Shown in pieces: positions 56,373 to 64,000 of a DNA stretch of 64,000 nucleotides. The stretch is from a virus (taxonomy: Duplodnaviria; Heunggongvirae; Uroviricota; Caudoviricetes), in IMG/VR virus record IMGVR_UViG_3300043399_000596; one strand, written 5' to 3'. The notes beneath the pieces were generated by a model. The model made no database searches and was not told where the DNA came from. It saw nothing but the letters and a program-made list of their open reading frames with translations. Position numbers and translations under genes: made by a program. How positions within the stretch are numbered: position 1 is the first letter of the stretch; each line of letters begins with the position of its first letter.

Positions 56373-57170
56373 ATGAAGAACATGATATTAGTCCTAGTGG
56401 CAATTACTCTAAGTGGGTGTGCAATTACTCAGTTTAATCCTTTGACTCCGGAGATAAAACCTGAAGTATCTAAAGTAATGATGCAGAAGGAATTCGACAC
56501 TATTCCGGGCCCAAGTAATGGGAAGAAAATTAGTGTGGCTGTTTATAACTTTAGAGATTTAACTGGGCAGCGTAGACCTACTGCCAACATCGCTAGTTTA
56601 TCAACTGCGGTAACACAAGGTGCCGAAACATTTTTGATTAAAGCATTACAAGATGTTGGTCAAGGAAAATGGTTTGATGTTGTAGAACGTGTTGGCTTAG
56701 ATAACATAACAAAAGAACGTTTAATTATTCGCCAAATGCGTGAATCATACGAAGGTAAAGATGCCAAACCTTTGATGCCTATGCAATTTGCTGGTATCAT
56801 AGTAGAAGGCGGTATTGTAGGATATGACAGCAGCACGAAGTCAGGTGGAGTCGCAATGCGTTGGTTAGGCATTGGACCGCAAAGTCAATACTCTGAGGAT
56901 ATAGTAACTGTAAGTGTTCGTGCAATTTCAGTAAACACTGGAAAAGTGTTAACTTCAGTGACAGTACAAAAAACAATACTCAGTTCAGCAGATAGTGTTT
57001 CAGCATTAAGATTTTTTGATGCAGGTACAAGATCGTTTGAAGCAGAAATGGGTATGACAATAAACGAACCAGGGACCTACGCTGTTAAATCAGCTATTGA
57101 AGCAGCCGTTGTTGAGTTAATCAAAGACGGCGAAAGAAAAGGTTTATGGGGGTACATAAAAGAAGAATAA
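56373..57170 (+). CDS. csgG: curli production assembly/transport lipoprotein CsgG
   Basis: Lipobox 'LSGC'; 'ISVAVYNFRDLTGQRRP', 'FAGIIVEGGIVGYDSSTKSGGVAMRWLGIGPQSQYSEDIVTVSVRAISVNTGKVL' collinear with E. coli CsgG. Confidence 0.8.
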   Translation: MKNMILVLVAITLSGCAITQFNPLTPEIKPEVSKVMMQKEFDTIPGPSNGKKISVAVYNFRDLTGQRRPTANIASLSTAVTQGAETFLIKALQDVGQGKWFDVVERVGLDNITKERLIIRQMRESYEGKDAKPLMPMQFAGIIVEGGIVGYDSSTKSGGVAMRWLGIGPQSQYSEDIVTVSVRAISVNTGKVLTSVTVQKTILSSADSVSALRFFDAGTRSFEAEMGMTINEPGTYAVKSAIEAAVVELIKDGERKGLWGYIKEE

Positions 57171-57206
57171 TAACAAAAAGATGCATAAGCATCCGGGAGA
57201 ACTAAA

Positions 57207-58157
57207 ATGGTTAAACCATATAAAAATATAATAGCATTACTAATAAGTGCAATGGTTTCTTTCAACGGCATTGCCGCTGACAACAGTGTGTATATAGACC
57301 AAGCAGGGGATAATAGTACAATAACTATTACTCAAGATGGTTCTAGTAATAAAGTAAAGGGAATTCTGATCAACGGAACGCCCGGAGGCACTACAGATTC
57401 TGCTAAGTTAGCAGGTGATGCCCAAACAGTTAACATTCAACAAACGGGTACTAATAACGTATTGTCTTTGGGGATTACTTCTACGCAAGGTGGCACAGTA
57501 CCAAATTATACTAACATCGGTGCTAATTTGAATTATGAAGTAACTGGTAGCAACAACACAGGTTACATTAACGTTAACAACAACGGGTTAGGTACTTCAG
57601 CAGGCAACGTGATTGGAATTACGCAAGACGGTGGGGGTAATGTTGATTTACGTATGACAGGTACAAGCAATCAACTATCATACACTTCAGCAGGCGGAAG
57701 TGGTAACAAGCTAACAGCAAATATCAATGCAAGCGAAACAGTAACAACTATTAATCAGACTGGTGGTGGCGGAAATGAAACTACAGTAAGTATGACAGGT
57801 AACAAAGGTCAAGTATTAATTGCTAGTATCGGTGCTGCTAACTTGATTGACATTAATCAGAGCGGTGGTGGAGTTAATGGTGCTACAGTGAATATAAATC
57901 TTACTGGTAGTGGTAACGACACTACAGTTACTCAAAGTGGTTTATACGATAACATATTTAACTATACCGGCACTGGCAGCAACAACGTAATTGTTTTGGC
58001 TCAGAGCGGTGGCGCTAGTGCAGGACAAAATACTCAACTACTAATTAACGGATCAAGCAATAATTTGTCAATTACCCAACAGGGATCAGTTGATAATTTG
58101 TCAAATGTTAAAATAACAGGAAATAATAATAGCTATACCATACTACAGAAAAACTAA
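57207..58157 (+). CDS. curlin-repeat (CsgA/CsgB-like) secreted protein
   Basis: Signal peptide; repeated 'x-I-x-Q-x-G-x-x-N' units ('VYIDQAGDNS', 'VNIQQTGTNN', 'TINQTGGGGN', 'IDINQSGGGVN', 'LSITQQGSVDN'). Confidence 0.55.
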   Translation: MVKPYKNIIALLISAMVSFNGIAADNSVYIDQAGDNSTITITQDGSSNKVKGILINGTPGGTTDSAKLAGDAQTVNIQQTGTNNVLSLGITSTQGGTVPNYTNIGANLNYEVTGSNNTGYINVNNNGLGTSAGNVIGITQDGGGNVDLRMTGTSNQLSYTSAGGSGNKLTANINASETVTTINQTGGGGNETTVSMTGNKGQVLIASIGAANLIDINQSGGGVNGATVNINLTGSGNDTTVTQSGLYDNIFNYTGTGSNNVIVLAQSGGASAGQNTQLLINGSSNNLSITQQGSVDNLSNVKITGNNNSYTILQKN

Positions 58158-58158
58158 C

Positions 58159-59268
58159 ATGAAATTATGTAACGTATTAATTTTTCTTTGTTTCTCAGCA
58201 GCGGCATCAATTTGTAATGCCGCTATTGGCACAGTAACAGAACAAGTTAATGCAGTGGCTACTATTCAAAGAGACAAAGCATCATTACAGGGGACAAAAG
58301 GGTTTAGTGTTGAAATGAATGATGCCATAAAAACCCAACAAGGTAAAGTAGGTATCACATTTGAAGATAGTACACGTGTTCAAGTTAATGAAAATTCTAA
58401 ACTAGTAATTGATGATTTTGTTTATGATCCAAAAAATAAAGCAGGTAAACTTGGTGCTAAAGTCGCTCTTGGCACAGTTAGGTACGCTAGTGGAGCCATT
58501 GCTCACAACAACCCTAGATCCGTTTCACTTAATACTCCTAGTGCTACTATTGCTGTCCGCGGTACAGATTTTACTGCCACTGTAGAAGAACTTGGTGAAT
58601 CAACTATAATTTTATTACCTAGTTGTCCAAATGATCGTCCTACTAGAACAGTAAAAGATATTGAGGCTGCTTGTAAGACAGGAGAAATTGAAGTTATAAC
58701 TGATGTTGGATCTGTTATATTAAACCAACCATTTCAAGTGACTAAAGTAAATAGCAGGAGCGATCAACCCACCAAGCCTGTTATATTAAATTTGTCTGAG
58801 ATGGCAATTAGTAATTTATTGATATTGAGTCCCCCGAAAGAGATCAAAAATTCACAAGCAGCAGAGACAAAAATTTGGAATCCGCTAGACTTTAATGCAC
58901 TAGACAAAGATGAATTAAAGAATGCACTAGACGAACAAAACAAACAATTCTTCTACGCTCAATTAGAAAGAAACTTTTTATCCAATAGCTTTTTAGCAAG
59001 CCTATTTGACATTATAGGTAATGCGTTGAATGAAAATTTGTTAGCACAGATTGATTCCGTAATACCGGATTACAGAAAAAGTAGTGGAATCGTAGTAGTA
59101 AAAGAAGATCCAACTATACAATTATGTAGAGACAGTGGCGCTGATATACAGTGCATAACTACACCATTAACTCAAAACTCAACATTGTACCAAACACAAG
59201 GTACGTTAGAGTTTAAGAACCGCATCAATAATGGTGGCAATACAATTATTACAGTGGTACAAAGATGA
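58159..59268 (+). CDS. FecR-domain secreted protein
   Basis: Signal peptide; 'GTVRYASGAIAH...SATIAVRGTDFTATV' FecR-type beta-sandwich motif. Confidence 0.45.
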   Translation: MKLCNVLIFLCFSAAASICNAAIGTVTEQVNAVATIQRDKASLQGTKGFSVEMNDAIKTQQGKVGITFEDSTRVQVNENSKLVIDDFVYDPKNKAGKLGAKVALGTVRYASGAIAHNNPRSVSLNTPSATIAVRGTDFTATVEELGESTIILLPSCPNDRPTRTVKDIEAACKTGEIEVITDVGSVILNQPFQVTKVNSRSDQPTKPVILNLSEMAISNLLILSPPKEIKNSQAAETKIWNPLDFNALDKDELKNALDEQNKQFFYAQLERNFLSNSFLASLFDIIGNALNENLLAQIDSVIPDYRKSSGIVVVKEDPTIQLCRDSGADIQCITTPLTQNSTLYQTQGTLEFKNRINNGGNTIITVVQR

Positions 59269-60527
59269 AGAAATTTCTTCTTGGATTAGTGTTATCTTTG
59301 TGCAGTATCGCATCTTGGGCTGTAAGTTTCACGGATTTAAAATTTGGTCAGTATCAAATTGCAGATTCTCAATGGGATGTTGGTGCTTGCTTATATACTT
59401 CCACTTGTAACATATATTACACTCAGCCCGGAACAATGTATACTATTCCTTGGTATAACGGGCAATGGAGCTGGCAAGCCGGGCAATACGTTAAATTTTC
59501 CCTAAGCGGCAATTCTTCTTATCCTTACACAGCTAATGTTTATAACAGCAACGGAACGTTAGCAGGAACAGTGGGGACTGGTAAAATTATAAACATGGGT
59601 GTTGACTCAAATGGATACGCTCTATTCTTCTTTGTCGGTAATGATGATAATACAGGACAATTGTTTAGTGCTAACTACGGTATGACAGGAAATAGCGGAT
59701 ATTCTTGGACTGGTACTTTAAACCCTACATTATCACAAGTTGATTCGTTTGCTAACAGTTATGGTAGTACATCTCCACTTGCATCCGGACAAACATACAC
59801 GGCTACTCCAACACCATCAGGACCCACTATCACCGGTGGAACAATCACACAAACGAACAGTCCTGGTACAGAAGTCATAACAAGCGGTAGTTCTAGTACA
59901 GCAGGTCCATCCAATGCACAGACTACATCTCAAACAAATTGGAGTACTAATGCTAATCCAAGCAATGTGAATAATTATCTTTACATAGACCAAGTTAGCG
60001 GGAACTATAATTCTGTTACGATTACTCAGTCTGGATCAAAAAACACAATGTATTTAGGACTCAACGGTAGTAGCAATACAGTGTCCGCAGACCAAACAGG
60101 GACTAATTATTTGAATGGTCTAGTGCAAGGAACGCAAAATCAATTAACATCTTCGCAATCCAACACCGCAGGATCGAATTACCAAGAAACTAAAATAATG
60201 AGCAATACTTATACGGGTAATACTATCAATGCCACACAGATAGGAAATGGTAATAACTTAATGTTTAACACTATTAACGGTAGTAACAATACTATTACTG
60301 CTAGTCAATCAGGTTCCGGCAATCATTATTTAGAAAACAAGTTAACAGGCAACGGAAATACAGTTCTATCTTCTCAAACAGGTTCTACAGGGAACAATGC
60401 TAACGTTGATTTAACTAATGCGGGTGGTCCTGCAAGTCTGGACCTTCAACAATCAGGTGGGAAGAACTTTACTATTATACAAAGTTGCACTAATCCCGCA
60501 GGATGCACTACTGTGATAAGACAATAA
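59265..60527 (+). CDS. second curlin-repeat secreted protein with non-repeat N-terminal domain
   Basis: Signal peptide; C-terminal half has 'YIDQVSGNYN', 'VTITQSGSKN', 'VSADQTGTNY', 'INATQIGNGNN', 'ITASQSGSGNH', 'LDLQQSGGKN'. Confidence 0.5.
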   Translation: MKKFLLGLVLSLCSIASWAVSFTDLKFGQYQIADSQWDVGACLYTSTCNIYYTQPGTMYTIPWYNGQWSWQAGQYVKFSLSGNSSYPYTANVYNSNGTLAGTVGTGKIINMGVDSNGYALFFFVGNDDNTGQLFSANYGMTGNSGYSWTGTLNPTLSQVDSFANSYGSTSPLASGQTYTATPTPSGPTITGGTITQTNSPGTEVITSGSSSTAGPSNAQTTSQTNWSTNANPSNVNNYLYIDQVSGNYNSVTITQSGSKNTMYLGLNGSSNTVSADQTGTNYLNGLVQGTQNQLTSSQSNTAGSNYQETKIMSNTYTGNTINATQIGNGNNLMFNTINGSNNTITASQSGSGNHYLENKLTGNGNTVLSSQTGSTGNNANVDLTNAGGPASLDLQQSGGKNFTIIQSCTNPAGCTTVIRQ

Positions 60528-60570
60528 AACTAGATTTATATATTACACTAAATATAGTAAAGGAGAAATT

Positions 60571-61104
60571 ATGTCAGAGAAAAAACCATTATCTAGAAGC
60601 GAGAGAGAAGCAAAAATAAAAGATAAAGCAGGGTGGGTAATCACCGTAATTGCTGCACTACTTGCGGTAAATACTTATATTTCTAACGGTAACTCTAGTA
60701 AAGTATTAAACAACACAATTAAAGCCAATGATACTTGGAGTTTCTACCAAGCTAAATCAATCAAACAAACACTAGCTGAGCAAAGTTTAGATGATGCGAT
60801 AGCCCGCGGTGATAAAGAAAAAGCTGAAAAACTAAAAGCCAAGATTGCACGTTATGAATCTGAACCTGAAACTGGTGAAGGAAAGAAAGAACTAATGGCA
60901 AAAGCACGTGCTTTAGAAGCTGAGAGAGATCATATCCGTAAGTCAGGTCCATGGATGACGTTTAGCGGTATGTCATATCAATTGGGTATTGTTTTATTGT
61001 CAGCTAGTATTCTAGCTGTTAGTATGCCACTATTCTGGGGGAGTATTGCTGTTAGTGGAATAGGTGCGATTTTAATGAGCCAAGGTATTTGGCTTTGGAT
61101 GTAA
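60571..61104 (+). CDS. membrane protein (N-terminal TM, charged coiled-coil core, two C-terminal TM)
   Basis: 'GWVITVIAALLAV...' and 'LGIVLLSASILAVSMPLFWGSIAVSGIGAILM'. Confidence 0.4.
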   Translation: MSEKKPLSRSEREAKIKDKAGWVITVIAALLAVNTYISNGNSSKVLNNTIKANDTWSFYQAKSIKQTLAEQSLDDAIARGDKEKAEKLKAKIARYESEPETGEGKKELMAKARALEAERDHIRKSGPWMTFSGMSYQLGIVLLSASILAVSMPLFWGSIAVSGIGAILMSQGIWLWM

Positions 61105-61108
61105 AATT

Positions 61109-61315
61109 ATGAGTACGTATAATCAACAAGCAATTATAGACAAATTTAACAGAATGCGTGAATTTACTATTGAAGTTGAGGTACCCGAAGGTAAGCAACT
61201 CAGCGGTGTAATACCTTATGAGCCACTTGTCTCACAAAACAAGGGTAGATTCAAAATATACGCAACAAGTTACGATGAGGCACACGAAATAGTTTCTAAA
61301 TATCTTAATGCATAA
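61109..61315 (+). CDS. hypothetical small protein
   Basis: ORF track. Confidence 0.4.
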   Translation: MSTYNQQAIIDKFNRMREFTIEVEVPEGKQLSGVIPYEPLVSQNKGRFKIYATSYDEAHEIVSKYLNA

Positions 61316-61318
61316 TAT

Positions 61319-61340
61319 GGCCCCGAAAGGGGCCTTTTTT
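61319..61340 (+). terminator. rho-independent terminator
   Basis: 'ggccccgaaaggggcc' hairpin followed by T6. Confidence 0.7.
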
Positions 61341-61353
61341 ATAGGAGAAAGTT

Positions 61354-61500
61354 ATGAGCTGGTATAGAAAAAGTCCAAGAGTCAAAGAACCACCTAAGCA
61401 TTTACCCCATCATAGGACAAGTCCTGCTACTGAAAAAATGCTAGAAGCAGCTAAGAAAACAGTTAAAGAAACAGGTAAGGTTCCAAAAAATCATAAATAA
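61354..61500 (+). CDS. small basic protein (48 aa, below track cutoff)
   Basis: SD 'ataggagaaagttATG'; 'MSWYRKSPRVKEPPKHLPHHRTSPATEKMLEAAKKTVKETGKVPKNHK'. Confidence 0.35.
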   Translation: MSWYRKSPRVKEPPKHLPHHRTSPATEKMLEAAKKTVKETGKVPKNHK

Positions 61501-61553
61501 TAGATTATAGTGAAATTACCTTATATGGTGGTGGCACTACAAGAGAACACCAC

Positions 61554-63617
61554 ATGAAAAAAATAATTAAAAAACTTCTACTAAGTCCGTGGACTGCTTT
61601 AGCAACATTGGCCTTAATTATCGGAGTAAGAGCAACAGATCCTACATTTGTTGAAAGTGTACGATTAAGATATTTTGATACTCTTATTGTTAGTAAAGAA
61701 ATTACCCAAAATAATATTATCACTGTTAACATTGACGAAGATAGTTTATCAAAATACGGTCAATGGCCATTACCCAGAGGTGAATATGGAAAAATCATCG
61801 AAGAATTATATAAAAAGAACGCCGGTCTTGTTGTGTTTAATGTGCTTATGCCTAATCCTGATAGAAGTGGCCAAGACGATAGGTTTGCACAGTATCTAAA
61901 CAAATATCCTGTTATACTACCTAGTAGTCCTGCCGAACAAACAAAAAACAAACCAAGAAATCCTGGAAGTGCAGTAGTTGGTAGCCAACACACTGACATG
62001 ATTGTTCAGTATCCGGGGCTAATTGCAAATACTCCCATAGTAGAAAATGCGGCAGCTGGTATAGGCATCACAAATACGTTACCTGAAATAGACGGTGTTA
62101 ATCGCAGAATTCCATTAGTGATAACAGTAGACGGAAAAATCTATCCTAGCTTGAGTATAGAGACATTACGAGTAGCTGCTGGTGATAGTACTGTTCAAGT
62201 TAAACTTAATGAACTTGGCGTAGAAAAGATGCGTATACCAAAATTTGGTCCTATTGCAACAGATAGTTTAGGTCGTATTTGGATTGATTACAGCCAGAAA
62301 AGTCAAAGCTACAGTTTGACAAACTTACCAAAAGATTTGAATGGCGCAATAGTAATTGTCGGTACCACTGCTGCTGGATTAAGTAATCCTGTACCAACGA
62401 GCATTGGTGCAGTATTCCCACATGAATTACAAGCAAGTGTCATAGGCACTATGATGAATGGTGTTGTAATTCAAAGACCTGATTACGCTGACGGTTTAGA
62501 AATAATCGCAATAGCAGTAATGGGTATAATTTTATTATTCTTAACGAGGTATATATATGTCGGGTTGGCGTCGGTTATTATTATATGTGTTGGCGTGGTT
62601 GTTGGTAGCCAGTATATGTTCAGCAACTATCTATTTTTATTTGATGCAACTGCCGTTCTTAGTGGCACAGTCTTGGTCTCTTTGCATGCCTATGGTGTCA
62701 AGTTTATAAGCGAATTTTTACAGAAACAACAAATAAAGAAACAATTTGGAACATATTTGAGTCCTGCACTTGTAGAGAAGTTACAGAAGAATCCTGAACT
62801 ACTGACATTGGGCGGCGAGTCACGTGAACTTTCAATTATGTTTACAGACGTTAGAGGCTTCACCGGTATTAGTGAGCATTACGGTAAAGATGTACAAGGC
62901 TTAACATCAATAATGAACAGATACATGACCGCAATGACTGCTAAGATATTGGAGAACGAAGGTACACTAGATAAGTATATAGGGGATGCACAAATGGCTT
63001 TCTGGAACGCGCCATTGGATGATCCAAGACACGCACACAATGCGGTGAGGACTGCAATCTCTATGTTAGGGAGTTTAGATGCGTTCAATATGGAAATTGC
63101 TAAAGAAGGTGTACCGGCATTTGGTATGGGTTTGGGAATTAACACCGATACTGTTGTTGTTGGAAATATGGGGTCTAGTCAGAGGTTTGACTATACTTGT
63201 CTCGGTGACGGCGTTAATCTTGCTAGCCGTTTGGAGGGACAGTCTAAGCCCTATGGTGTCAGAATTGTTATCGGTGCTCTAACCGCTGAAAAAATTAAAG
63301 ATGAATATTTTGTATTAGAACTAGATTGCATCGCAGTTAAAGGTAAAACACAAGGGGTCAATATATTCACAGTCCTAGAAACAGATAGTAACTCTATGGT
63401 CGAATATCTACAGACACGAGAATTGCATGACTTGATGTTAGCCCATTATCGTGAACAAAAATGGAGTAGTGCGTTAAATCTTCTAGAAAAACTCAAAGGT
63501 GAGTTTGATAGTAATATGGACCACTACTATGATATGATGATTGAAAGAATAGGAGAACTTCGTGAAGCTAATTTACCTAATGATTGGGATGGTGTCTATC
63601 GCGCCACTAGTAAGTAA
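61554..63617 (+). CDS. CHASE2 sensor domain-containing class III adenylate/guanylate cyclase
   Basis: N-terminal TM plus periplasmic CHASE2-like region, 3-4 TM helices, then the cyclase core 'SIMFTDVRGFTGISE', 'KYIGDAQMAFWNAP', 'GVNLASRLEG'. Confidence 0.75.
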   Translation: MKKIIKKLLLSPWTALATLALIIGVRATDPTFVESVRLRYFDTLIVSKEITQNNIITVNIDEDSLSKYGQWPLPRGEYGKIIEELYKKNAGLVVFNVLMPNPDRSGQDDRFAQYLNKYPVILPSSPAEQTKNKPRNPGSAVVGSQHTDMIVQYPGLIANTPIVENAAAGIGITNTLPEIDGVNRRIPLVITVDGKIYPSLSIETLRVAAGDSTVQVKLNELGVEKMRIPKFGPIATDSLGRIWIDYSQKSQSYSLTNLPKDLNGAIVIVGTTAAGLSNPVPTSIGAVFPHELQASVIGTMMNGVVIQRPDYADGLEIIAIAVMGIILLFLTRYIYVGLASVIIICVGVVVGSQYMFSNYLFLFDATAVLSGTVLVSLHAYGVKFISEFLQKQQIKKQFGTYLSPALVEKLQKNPELLTLGGESRELSIMFTDVRGFTGISEHYGKDVQGLTSIMNRYMTAMTAKILENEGTLDKYIGDAQMAFWNAPLDDPRHAHNAVRTAISMLGSLDAFNMEIAKEGVPAFGMGLGINTDTVVVGNMGSSQRFDYTCLGDGVNLASRLEGQSKPYGVRIVIGALTAEKIKDEYFVLELDCIAVKGKTQGVNIFTVLETDSNSMVEYLQTRELHDLMLAHYREQKWSSALNLLEKLKGEFDSNMDHYYDMMIERIGELREANLPNDWDGVYRATSK

Positions 63618-63876
63618 CGCAGAGATAATAGAACACAATATCAAAATATCCTGTGATGATACTTCTATTATCTTCAATACCTTGAAGAAAGATTACAAAG
63701 AAATACCATTTGTGTTGGGGAAAACAAGTGACATTGCAAATACAGTAATGTCACTATGGGTTAATCCCGCTTCAAAAACTTGGACTATACTGTCTACAAA
63801 AAATGATATAACTTGCGTTATTGGTGTGGGTGATAAGTTAGAATTGATAGTACCAAAGGCTGGTTCAACTCATTAA
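63562..63876 (+). CDS. secreted small protein
   Basis: Signal peptide 'MIGMVSIAPLVSNA'; the true start is probably an internal Met. Confidence 0.4.
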   Translation: MKLIYLMIGMVSIAPLVSNAEIIEHNIKISCDDTSIIFNTLKKDYKEIPFVLGKTSDIANTVMSLWVNPASKTWTILSTKNDITCVIGVGDKLELIVPKAGSTH

Positions 63877-64000
63877 AAATGCTAGCAGCAAATAGACTAA
63901 TTGGTGCGCCATTTGGTCTAGTCCTAAATGGTTCCAAAATTGGGGTGTGCTGATATCACGATTACCATAGTTCATTTTAGTCCAATCGATATGATAATGT

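Overview
This is a gene-dense, AT-rich (about 37-40% GC by eye) stretch that reads like part of a large, probably jumbo or T4-like, bacteriophage genome. Short overlapping ORFs (ATGA and TAATG junctions), sigma70-type TTGACA-17-TATAAT promoters, Shine-Dalgarno sites and rho-independent terminators all indicate a bacterial host, most likely a proteobacterium. The window has five parts, in order.

1. A plus-strand block at 0.2-13.4 kb combines 7-deazaguanine (queuosine-precursor) genes with sugar-nucleotide genes. The 7-deazaguanine genes are FolE, QueD, QueE and a tRNA-guanine-transglycosylase-family DpdA-like enzyme; no QueC was found. The sugar genes are two HxGH nucleotidyltransferases, two GT-B glycosyltransferase-like paralogs and an SDR epimerase. 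A UvdE UV-damage endonuclease sits at the end. I read this as a DNA hypermodification locus.

2. A replication and repair plus host-takeover region at 13-36 kb carries a FEN/RNase H-like 5'-3' exonuclease and an ATP-dependent DNA ligase. It also has a GNAT enzyme, an SPFH protein and many small hypothetical proteins, several of them strongly acidic with Zn-ribbons. A minus-strand islet at 21.6-26.3 kb holds a papain-like peptidase, a collagen-like fibre protein, a Tyr/Trp/Asp repeat protein and a LuxR-type regulator.

3. A proteostasis and translation module at 36.4-44.6 kb encodes ClpX, ribosomal protein S21, DnaK, an Hsp20 small heat-shock protein, ClpS, a SprT-like metalloprotease and ClpP.

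4. An array of small early genes at 44.6-49.8 kb is driven by a highly conserved, reiterated promoter that overlaps a palindromic operator-like site. A GIY-YIG homing endonuclease is inserted antisense within it.

5. The remaining 49.8-64 kb has three parts. A minus-strand late block carries two repeat-rich tail fibres, Fe/Mn SOD, IF-1, a 5'(3')-deoxyribonucleotidase and holin-like paralogs. It is followed by a plus-strand curli-type secretion cluster: CsgF-like, CsgG, two curlin-repeat proteins and a FecR-domain protein. The window ends with a CHASE2-sensor class III adenylate cyclase.

No rRNA, tRNA or CRISPR arrays were recognised by eye.
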